64,000 bases of DNA from NCBI GenBank assembly GCA_004431415.1, contig QPMI01000626.1, positions 1-64,000 of the forward strand, in the 5' to 3' direction. Below, piece by piece: positions 33,964-44,500 of this stretch. A model generated the notes under the pieces. The model had not been told where the DNA came from, made no database searches, and saw only the letters and a list, made by a program, of their open reading frames with translations. The stretch is from Cyanophora paradoxa CCMP329 (taxonomy: Eukaryota > Plantae > Glaucophyta). Both the position numbers and the translations under genes were made by a program. The first letter of the stretch is position 1, and every line of letters begins with the position of its first letter.

Positions 33964-34298
33964 GCCTAACTAAAACCTGCAAATTCGCTCGTAGCGCGCC
34001 CGCAGTTCTGACGGTCCTACGGGACGTGGGCGCGCTGGCTGACCTGAAACAACTACGATAGCTTGCCTGAATCCTGAATCGCTCTGCTGCACTAGGAGGT
34101 GCCGGCTTCGCGGGCCGCAGCTGATCAACAAACCGCCGTACCCCCATCCCGTTCGCTCCCGGGCCCAGAACGCTCTTGCAAAGCAGTCTGTAGAGGGCGC
34201 GCGACGAATCCAAGGAGCGCGACGCTTGCCTCGTCCGCGCCGCGCAGCCGCGGCCCGTCAGCGGAATTGTCTGAAGAGGCGCTGCGGACGGACGCGCC

Positions 34299-35271
34299 AT
34301 GGAGCTGGCGCGCGGCGCTGCACAGCGGTTCAAGCACTACGCCGAGCTGGCCGTAGAGCAGTTCCGGGGCGTCTCGTTCAAGCCCTCCGTCCCGGAGCTG
34401 ACCTACTACCGCATCCATGCGCTCTACTTCCTCACCCTTTCGCTCCTCTCCGCTGCGGTCCTCACGTACACTGAGCCCCGCTCGTTCGGAGAGGTGCGGC
34501 CCCCGCGCGCGAGGCGAACAGGTCATCCGGAGCGCGCGCCGAGAGCGGGGCCAGCGCGCGGCCCCTCGAAGCGCGCGCGCTGATCATTCGTGCGTGCCGC
34601 GTGCGCACAGGCCTGGTTCTCGGCCGTCAGCGCCGCCACGTGCACCGTGCGCCCACTTTCCCCAGCGCCTCCGCCTGTCATCCCGCGCCGGCCCGAGGCG
34701 AGTCGGTCGCTGAGATCTAGAGGGCGCAGGGCCTCACGGTTGCAGACTTCTCGCGCTACTCGCTGGCCTCGCAGGCGGTCGTCCTCGCGACGGTCGTCCT
34801 CGGCTCGCAGCTGCTGCTCCTCGCCATCCCGCCCGCCCTGCGCCGCGCCGCCGCCCGCCGCCGGCGCGCCCCGCGCGGCCCGCCGGCCACGGCCGCGGGC
34901 ACGCCTCGCACGACGCGACCGAGCGCACGCCGCTGCTGGCGGAGGCGGAGCGGCGGGAGGCCGAGGCCGGCCGCCCGTGGAGGGCATGAGCCGCACCGAG
35001 TACGCCGCGCTCGGCCTCGTCCTCCGCTACATCGCGTACTACGCGCTGCTCTTCCAGGCGCGCCCTCCTTCTTTTTATGCTTTCCTTGGCTTGCCTTGGC
35101 CTTCGCCCGCCCGTCGCCGCTCACCCGCCCACCCGCCCGCCCACCCGCCCGCCCTCCTCGCGCGCAGGTGCTGCCCGTCACGCTGCTTTACGTGTACGGG
35201 TACACGGACGCCGCGGCCGACCTGCGCGATTTCCTGGACTCGCGGGACGTCTCCTGGGGCTGGTTCTCGGT

Positions 35272-35302
<31 letters not shown>

Positions 35303-38300
35303 CCGCTCCGCCCCCCTCTGCTCCGCTCCGCTAACGTGCCGCCTGGCAGCTGTTCATGCCGCTCTCGTCCTTCAACAACGTCGGCTTCTCGCTGCTCTCG
35401 GACAGCGTGATGGGCCTCTACCGCTACAAGCCCGTCCTCCTCCTCCTCGCCTTCCTCATCCTCGTGGGGAACACAGCCCTGCCCAGTGCGGCCTTGTACC
35501 CCCCATTCCCCCCGCCCTTCTTCAATGCCTCTGACGCCCCGACAGTCTTCCTCCGCGTCTTCGTGTGGAGCGGCCACCGCGCCGAGCAGCGGCGCCTCGC
35601 GGCCCGCGAGGGCGGCTCCGGTGAGCTCGAGGCGGCAGCGGCAGCGGCGGCAGAGGCCGGCGGCGGCCCGCAGCGGACGAGCGCGTACTTCTCCCCCCAC
35701 CGCTACCTCCTCAAGCGCCCCCGCCGCTGCACGACGCACGTCTTCACCTCCGTCCAGACGCGCGTCCTCCTCGTGCGCTGTACCCCCCTGTCCCGAAAAG
35801 AGTCTGCGGCACGGAGTCGAGCCCATCCCGTACCCCCCTTCCAGGTCTCCCTCGTCTCAATGAACCTCGTGACGTACCTCTTCTTTGACCGCCTCGAGTT
35901 CAAGGCCCGCTGGGGCCCTTTTTGAATTTTTTTATTTCTCACGGCGCGCTTTCGAACTCGGCAGGGCCCCGCGCTGCACTGGATGAGCCACTGGGGTCCG
36001 ACCCCGCCCCGCCCGAGCCCGTACCCCTGCCTCGACGCCCTGACCCGTACCCCCCATCCTGCCCCGCCCCGCCGCAGAGCGCGTTGTGGCGGCGCTCTTT
36101 CAGACGATCAGCCTCCGAACCGCCGGCATGAACTCCGTCGACCTCCGTACCCCCCGCCCTCCTTCCCCCATCCACTCTCCCCGCTGACGAGAAGGGGGTA
36201 CAGAGCTGCTGACGCCGGGGGTGTGGTGGGTGATGATGGCGATGATGTACGTGTCGGCGTACCCCTTCATCCTCACGCTGCGGGCCTCCCGGCAGCCAGT
36301 CTCCGAGCGTGCGGCGCCCCTTCCCAATCCCGCGCCACCCCCCCTTCCCGTTAGACCGGCGCGACTCAGGCGAGGCGGAGGCGGAGGCGGCCGCCGAGTC
36401 GGCTGCGGCGGCGGCGGCTGCGGCGGCGGCCGCTGCTGCTGCGGTGGCGCGGACCGAGTCGGGCTCGCTGGCGGCGCGGGCGCCTGCGTCGGCCTTGCCT
36501 CACGCTCTCGCCTGCCCCAACTGCGCCGCCACGCCCTCCGCCGCCAACGGCGCCGCCGCCAACGGCGCCGGCGCGGGTGCGCCCTCCTCCCACGCGCCGC
36601 CCCCGGCCCGCCCAGCCCTCGCCCTCCCCCCGCCGCCTCCGCCGCCGCCCCCTGGCGCCCGGCCTCGCCGGCCCCGCCCGCCCCCGGCTCCTCCGCCTCG
36701 CTGCTGCGCCCCCTCTACCGAACGTCGCGCGTGGCCCAGGTGCGAGCTCAGAGGAGAGGGCGGCGCCTAGCGTAGCCTAGCCCGGCCCCCTGCCGACCCC
36801 AGAAGCCGACCCCCCTTCCGAAAGTGGGCATACCATAGAATAGCCTCGGGCTCAAAAGAATAGCCTGAGCCTACCTAGAAGACGGGCTCAAAGGAGAGGG
36901 GGCCTAGCATAGCCTCGCCCGGCCCCCTGTCAACCCTAAGAAGGTCTAAGGACAGTCAATGGGAGGCCGCCCCGGCCTCTCTCCGCCCCGCCCCGCCTAA
37001 GAGGATCGAAGGGCCTATCATAGCCTCGCCCCGACCCCACCCGCCCCCGACCCCGGTCGACCCCGGCCGACCCCCCCGCCCCCGCCCCGAGCAGTCCCTC
37101 GTGGGGATCGGGCAGTGGCTGTTCGCGCGGGACATCGCGTGGCTCTACCTCGGCATGCTCGCCATCTGCGTCACCGAGGGCGACCGCCTCGAGAAGGCGA
37201 GCACGCCCGCCCGCGCTCCCTGCCCCTGCCACTCGAGAAGGCGCGCGGATCGTAGAGCCCTTGGAACTGTTTGTGAGCTGCTTAGAGCCGCTCCTGCCAG
37301 TCCGCCCGCCGCCTCTAGAGCCGTATCGTTTCCAGAGCCGCCTGGAGAAGGCGCGCACGCGCGCGCCCCCGCCCTGCCCGTATCGTTTCTAGGGCTGCCT
37401 AGACGCTGCTTAGAAGCTGCTAGATTCTTTAGAGTAGCGGGGGAAGCGGGGGCGTGTCCGCCCCTTCCTTTTACCCCCTCCCCTCCCCGCTCCGAGTCAC
37501 GTGCCCTCTCCGACGCCCCCTCGGCTGCCCCCTCCCCGCCACTTCCTTTCCCCTATCTGACGGGGGGGCGGGCAGGAGGTCGGCGTCTCCTTCGTTCGCC
37601 TCCTCTTCGAGGTACCTCCCCCCCGCCCCCCCGCCCCCTCTCCCCCTTTCCGAGGCTCCGCTGCCCAGCGCTCTCTGCCGCCATTGCCCCCTCCCCTCCG
37701 CCGCCCGCCGGCTGACGGGCCGTGGGGGCAGCTGGTCTCCGCGTACGGCTGCGTGGGCATCTCCCTCGGGCACCCCTCCACACAGGCCCGCTCCTCCCGC
37801 CCCCTCCCCCCCCTTCCCCCTTCAACCTCTCCTCGGCCCCCCCGTCCCCCCTCCCCCCCCCCCCGCCCGTCCCGTCCTGGGCTGAAATTCGCGCCCCCGC
37901 TCCCCCTCCTTCTCCCCCCCCTCACCCCCCCCTCTTCACCCCCCTTTCCCCTCCCGTCCCGGCGCCCTCCCCCTAAGCACGCTTCTCGCCTCCCCGCCCC
38001 GCCCGCGCTAACGCGGCTGAGCGCCGGCGCTCAGGCGAGCTTCGCGGGGGTGCTGCGGCCGGGCTCCCAGTTCGTCCTCACCCTCGTCATGCTCCTCGGC
38101 CGGCCCGCCTGTAACCCCTTCCCCCCACGGGGCCCCCGCCTCACGCCCCTTCGCGTAACCGCAGGCACCGCGGCCTGCCCGACGCCATGGACCCAGCCGT
38201 CCTCGTGCGCTCGCTACCCCCCGCCCCGGCCCCTCGCCCTTCGCCCCTGCATTTTCCGCTAGCCCCGGCCATTTCTACGGCTATCCACCCCTGCCGGCTA

Positions 38301-39251
38301 GCCCCCTAGCCCCCTCCCCCGTCTCGGTGCCAAGGCCCCTGCCCTTCTCGTGCACTCCCCTCCGACGCTCCCCACCCCCTCCCCCTCCCCGGGCTCCCTC
38401 CTTTCCGCTAGCCCCGGCCCCTGCATTTCCGCTAGCCTTGGCCATTCCCGTACCCCCTCCGAGCCCGGCCTGGGGGATCCGTGCCCTTGCGCTCGCTCCC
38501 CCTCCTCATCCCCCCCCTCCCCCCCCCCTCCTCCCTCCCAAAGGCCTTCCGGCGTTCTGCTTGTTGTATACGAGACCCGCCCCCGCCCCCTGGAACCTCG
38601 TTCCTCTCGCGCCGACGCCTTTCGCGCAGGTCGCAGTGGCACGGCGGGGCCGCGTGGAGGAGCCGATGGAGGCCTCAGAGGCGGCTCTGGCCCCGCCCTT
38701 CCACGCCCAGGCGAGCCAGCTGTGAATTCCGCTGCTCTTAGATGCGCCTAAGCTTGAGCGTATGCGAGTACGAGGCTGCTCTTAATCAAATCTAGCACTC
38801 GAAGCTGGCCGGCTGGCTGGAGAGCCGTCTCTAGGCTTGAGCTTCGCTCCTCTGAGCCATCCAGCCAGCCTTGAGCCTTCAATTCCTCTTAAGCTTAAGC
38901 TCGGCTGCTCTGAGCTTTGATCATGAGCTCGCCCGCTGACTCTTGTCGCAGGCGGCGGCGGGGCGGTCGCGGCGGCACTCGCCGCCCCACGCCCACCGCA
39001 TGCCCTCGGTCTCCGAGGAGGTCGAGGCCGCCGACGAGTCCGTGGCGCGCCGTACCCCCCTCCACCCTCTTCCCCCCCCTCCTCCCCTGACGGCTCGTCC
39101 GCAGGGGTCGCGGGCGGGGCCGCGGGCCGGGGCCGGGGCGGGCGTGCCGCCCGCGCTGCTGGCGGCGGCGATGCTGCCCCGGCATTCGCTGGACGTCTCT
39201 GACCCGCCCGCATTCCTCGCCCGCCTCCAGGAGGCCGGCCCGCCCCAGTAG
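34299..39251 (+). CDS. Trk/HKT (TrkH-family) cation transporter, fungal Trk1-like
   Basis: YYRIHALYF; four pore loops SAATCTGL, SSFNNVGF, ISLRTAGM, SAYGCVGISLG; EYAAL; LLKRPRRCTTHVF; MMYVSAYP; MLLGRHRGLP. Confidence 0.9.
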
Positions 39252-39712
39252 ACCCGGAGCCACGGCCCGGCCCGGGCCGGCCCCGCCGCTGTATATGTTC
39301 CTCGATTTGTCCTCCCTTGATGATCTCGGTCTTGATCCTAATTATAAGTAGCTTCAGTCTCCCTTAAGCTTGCATTGCCTGCGAGCCCGGGGGCCGCCTT
39401 TTGCCGCCTCGAAATCATTGAATCATGGGATCTGAGACCCGGATCTATTTTTAGTAGCTATAGGTTTCTGTTCCCTCTCTCCTAGCTATATATAGGCCTC
39501 TCGTTCTAGTCCCCACCCTCTCCCCTCCCCTCTGCCGTGCTGCATGACCCCTCCCCTCCGCGTATTAACTAGTAACGTTAACGTTGACTTATTCACGGAG
39601 TCCGAAGTTCCGGATCTGTCCTTCAAGTATTCGGATCTCCTCTAGCTAGCCCGGGCAATCGAATTCGAAGCAACTCGAATTCTCTCGTCGGCAAAACTCA
39701 ACCGAAGCAGCA

Positions 39713-40981
39713 ATGAAGGTGCCCGGCGCGCGCCGCGCCGCTTTCAGGGCGTCGGGGCTCATCGTCACGCGCCGCGCGCCGCAGATCCTCGTCGGCATTG
39801 ACGGCAGCAAGAACGGTGCGAAATCTGCTGCCTCGGGGCGCGGCGCAAAATTTGCGGCCCCTTTCGCACGCCGCGGCGCCGCCGATGACTGTTGTGGCGC
39901 GCAGCGCACCGCGCGTTCGAGTTTGCCCTGAAGCACTTCGTGCGCCTGTTTCGGTCACTTCTCCTGACCCGCGAAACTGACGGCGGCCGTGCCCCGACGC
40001 GCAGATGGCCGATCCGAAAGCAACTCTGCACCTCGTGGCCGTGACCGAGGCGCGCCGGCGCGGGCCCTGCGCTTGCAAATCGTGCCGCGCGCCCTCGGCC
40101 GAGAGTCCCCTCGCTCGCCGCAGACGCTTAAGTACACGGGGCTGGAGGACAAGTACAAGCACGAGTACGCCGAGTTCGTGAACAACGTGCGGCGGCAGAA
40201 GACGGAGGAGATCTTCCGCAACTACGTCGGCATCCTGCAGCGCATCGCCTTCAGCCGCCACTACAACGAGGTCCAGCGCTCCTCCATCGAGGTCCGGTGC
40301 CGCGCCGCTCGCTGCAGCGATCGCGCGTTCGAATAGAAGCGACCGCTGACTCCAGTTTGAATTTAAATTCGATCAGGTCCAGGAGGGGCGGGACGCGCGC
40401 GAAATCCTCCTCCGCGTGCGTTCCCGCGCTCCGCTCCGCTCCGCTTCGAATTTGATTTTAGCCTTGGCCGCGCTCTCACTTCGCGCCAGCTCGTCTCGGA
40501 GCGGAGCTACGACTGCATCGTCGTGGGGCGCCGCGGCGAGACCGACTACGAGCGGTTCGCGCGTTTTCGCGGGCCGCGGCCGGGGGCTGCAATCGCAAGT
40601 CGTGTTGCCTCGGGCAGTTCTCACGCTTAGCTTGCAAAATTTAACTTTAAGAATAGCTGGCAATGTGCGCGTTAGCTACCGCGCGCGGGCGGTCCCGGCT
40701 GTGCCACGCGCAAAATGCGCATGCGCATGCGCAAAATTTCGTTCACGCGCCGACCCCATCAGGATGGCGATCGGCTCGGTTGCGGACTACCTCGTCCGGT
40801 TCGAGTCCCAATCCGCTTGCGCTTGGGCCTGTCAATTGCAAACCGGCGCGGGTACCCCGCCAGGAACGCCCCGTGCGCCGTCGTCGCATGCACTGAGCTC
40901 GAGCTGGCGCCGGCGGATGCGGCTGGCCCCAGACTGCAGCTCGCCGAGTCGCGCATATGCATGTACAGCCACTGTTCTTAA
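39713..40981 (+). CDS. Universal stress protein (UspA family)
   Basis: MK-ILVGIDGSKN..AFEFAL; GRDAREIL; YDCIVVGRRG..; MAIGSVADYLVRNAPCAVV (G-x2-G...GS ATP-binding-type motif). Exact stop uncertain. Confidence 0.85.
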
Positions 40982-41252
40982 TGGTACACGTAATTATTAT
41001 CATCACTTGCAATTGCAATCGAAGTCATTGGGATCTTGATCATCAGCTTGCCAACCCTTGAAGTGCATGTTAGGTGCGATCGCGAGCGCGAGCGAATTTC
41101 GAAGCGAGGGGACCCGCCGGGCCGGGAAGAAGGGAAGGCTTGCAAGTCTTCTTAAGCTGGTCTTTCACGGCATCACGGAGTCAGACAAAATTTCCGAGAT
41201 TTAATTTGCTACAAACTTTGAAAGATACGGGCCGGCCCACCGGCGGGGTACT

Positions 41253-41315
41253 GCATGCAAAAATGCACACGGGGGGTACTGCGCATGCATGCGGGGTACG
41301 ATGGGGTACTGCATA
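41253..41315. repeat. Intergenic cluster of four GGGGTAC(TGCAT)-type units
   Basis: cggggtactgcat / ggggggtactgcgcat / cggggtacgat / ggggtactgcat. Confidence 0.75.
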
Positions 41316-41588
41316 CGGCGGGATACCCCAGAAGGCACAAAACTCTTCGACGACAGAAATGGAAGACAAGAATGCGAGGCCCTGAGGGTCCGGAATAAAG
41401 CTTTACCAATATCTAAACCAAATAAAACGCCCTACAGGCCCCAACGGCAGAGCGTGCGGCGTACCGACTGCGCGGGTCCACGGAGAGCACCCAATAAATC
41501 AAACACAATATGCCCCGACGTGCCGAGCGGAGCTACAGCTACAGCTACAGCTAGGAGTAGCTCGAGCCAAGGCGGGGGCGGCCGCCGC

Positions 41589-44500
41589 TCAGGGGGCGGG
41601 GAGGCCGCGCTGGGCGAGGGCGGCGCGGGCGTCGGCCTCGGGCCGCCCCGCGGCGCCGTACGCCGCCAGCAGCGCGGCCGCCGCCTTCCCGCGGACCCCA
41701 GGGGCTCCCCGGGCCCGGCGGCCCGGCGGCAGGAGCGCGACGGCGCGCTCGGCCGCCTCGAGCGCCTCCGCCGCGCGCCCCGCCGCCGCCGCCGCCAGCG
41801 CCAGCTCGGAGAGGGGCCCCGCGAGCCCGGGTGGGCCGGCCCCGCGCCTTCTCCACGGCCGCCGCCACGCGCCGCAGCACGGCGGCCGCCTCCGCGTGGC
41901 GGCCCGCCGCCTGCATGGGCCCAGCAGCGCCCCAGGTAGAGCAGGGCGGGGGCGGGCCCTCCCGCGGCGCCGGCGCCGCCTCCGCCTCCGCCACGGCGCC
42001 CCACAGGAGCGCGTCGCCCTCCTCGCCGCGGCCGCCGGCCCGCGCCACGCCGGCCGCCGCCTCCGTCGCGGCGAAGGCGGCCGGGTCGCCGGGCCCGCGC
42101 GCGCGGCGCAGCTCGGCGGCGGCGGCGGCAAGCTCGTCCTCCACGGCGCGCGCGTCGGCCTCGCGGCCCTGCCCGCGGAGCAGCCGCGCGAGGCCGCGCG
42201 CGTAGTCCGCCACCGCCGGCGTCGCGACGGGCGCCGCCATGCCCTGCGCCTCGGCCAGCCGCCCCCGCAGGAGCGCCTCGCCCTCCCCGGCGCGCCCCGC
42301 CGCCGCCAGCGTCGACGCCAGCCCGAAGGCGGTGTTGCGCGCGGCGGGGTGCAGCGGCCCGCGCCGCGCGCGGTGCAGCTCGGCGGCGCGCTCAAGGAGC
42401 GGAAAGGCGCCCTCCGGGTCGCCCCGCTCCGCGAGGCAGCCGGCCAGCGCCGAGAGCGCCTCGGCCGTGTCCGCCTCGTTCGGCGCGAGCCGCTCGCCGT
42501 CCTCCGCCGCCCGCGCCAGCACCGGCAGCGCCCCTCCGCGTCCCCCGCCGCGAGCAGCGCCAGTCCTGCGCGGCTCGGTCCGGGGCCGTGGCGGGCGGGC
42601 GGGCGGGCGGCGCGGACCGAGGCCGAGGGTGGCGGAGCGGGCGGTCGGGTGGTCGCGCCCCATCAGGCCCGCCTCAGCCGCGGCCAGCGCCTCGGCGTGA
42701 AGGCGGGCGGCCCCGCGCGGGTCCCCGTCCCGCGCCAGGACGGTCCCAGCGAGTGGAGCGTCGAGACGGTGTCGGGGTGCGTCGGCGAGAGGGCGGCGCG
42801 GCGCCCCTCGAGGACCGCCTCGTAGAGCGCCCGCGCCTCGCGCAGGCGGCCGGCCGACGCCAGCGCCCCCGCCGCCGCGTGCCGGCAGTGCAGCGTCGTC
42901 GGGTGCGACTCGCCCAAGGCCCGCGTCGCGATCGCCGCCGCGCGCTCCGCCGCCTGGGCGCCCGCCAGCGGTCGGCGGATGGTGGGCGTGCGGGCGGAAG
43001 GGGGGGGGGGGTACAGCGCACCGCGAGGGCCGGCTCGGGGCGGGCGCCTCCGCGAGCAGCGCGGAGAGGTTCACGAGGAGGGGTACGAGGCGGGGCCCTC
43101 GCCGGCCGCCGCCGCCGCCGCCGCGATGCCGCGCTCGAGGGCGGCCAGCGCCCCCTGCAGCCGCCCCTGGTGCCTCAGGCACTGCGCGCGCGGGCCGGAG
43201 CCGTCAGCGAGGAGGCGGAGGGGCGCGGGGCGAGGATGGCGGGGCGCGCCAGGGCGAGGGCGCTGGTCGTCTCGACGGCGAGCGGGTGGCCGGCGCCGAG
43301 CAGCCGCTCCCGCGCCGCGAGGGCCTCCCGCAGGTACCCTTCCGCCTCGCCCGCCCGCCCCGAGCCCGCCAGCACCCCGCCGAGGTCCGAGGCCGCCGAC
43401 GCGATCTCCAGCTCGCGCGGGCGGGCCCGGCCCTCGGCCGCCGGCGCGGGGCGGCGCCACATCGCGAGGGCGTCCGCGAGCGTCTCGGCGGCGGCGCCGA
43501 CGTTGCCGGCCTCGTGGAGAAGCGCTCCCGCGTTCTGCGTGATGTTCGCGAGGGGCGACGACCCGACGGCGAACGCTTCCTGCAGGCGTCCGGTCAGTGG
43601 AGGCGAGCGGCGGAGGCGGGCCCGGGGGGCGGAGGCGGCGAAACTCGCACCCGACCGCGCTCGATGGCGGGGATCATGCAGCCGAGGGCGTTCTTGAAGA
43701 GGCCGAGCGAGCGGCAGACGTGGCTCGCCGACTGGCACGCGAGCGCGCGCACGCCGGCCGCCAGCGACGCGTCGGCGTCGATGCCGCGCGCCGCCTTCTC
43801 CAGGTCGGCCCCTGCTTGCCGGACGTCCCTGACGGCGAGGGCGCGCCACAGGCGCGCCGCCTCCCGCACGGCCTGGTGCGTCCCGAGGCGCATCGTGAGC
43901 GTGTCGGGGTCGAGGAGGGCGGCCCGGAGCCGCCCCGCCTCGCCGGCCCCCGCCAGCGCGTGCGGCAGCTCGCTCCAGCGCCTGTTCGAGGGCGGCTGCC
44001 CCTCGAAGTAGTCGGCGAGGCGGCGGTGCTCGGCGGCCCGCCGCTCGCCGCGGAGGCTTAGGGCCTCCACCGCCGCCGCCCGCATCCCCGCGTTCGAGTA
44101 CGCCAGCAGGCCGAACCGGTTCACCTGAGCGGCCATTTGAGCGGCTCGGAGGGGGCGGAGGGCCGGGGCGGCGGACCGTGTACGGGTCGAGGGCGGCGGC
44201 GAGCTCGGCAAAGGCGAGGGGCGTCGCGCCCGACACGTCCCGCGCCTCCGCCTCTGCCAGGCCGTGCCGGCAGACGGCGAGCCCCGCGAGGAGCGCCCGC
44301 GCCGGCCCGCCGTACTGCCGCTCGAGGCGGCGGACGACGAGGAGGAAGGCCTCGGCGGGGCCCGCGCAGGCGAGGAGCCCGTCGAGCTTCGCGTCCAGCG
44401 TGTCGAAGACCGCGTCGGCCTTCACCTGCTCCGGCCGCGCGTCGTTAGTTAGACCGCCGCGTCGTGCGGGGCGGGGCGGGGCGGGCCTCGGCCAGGACGA

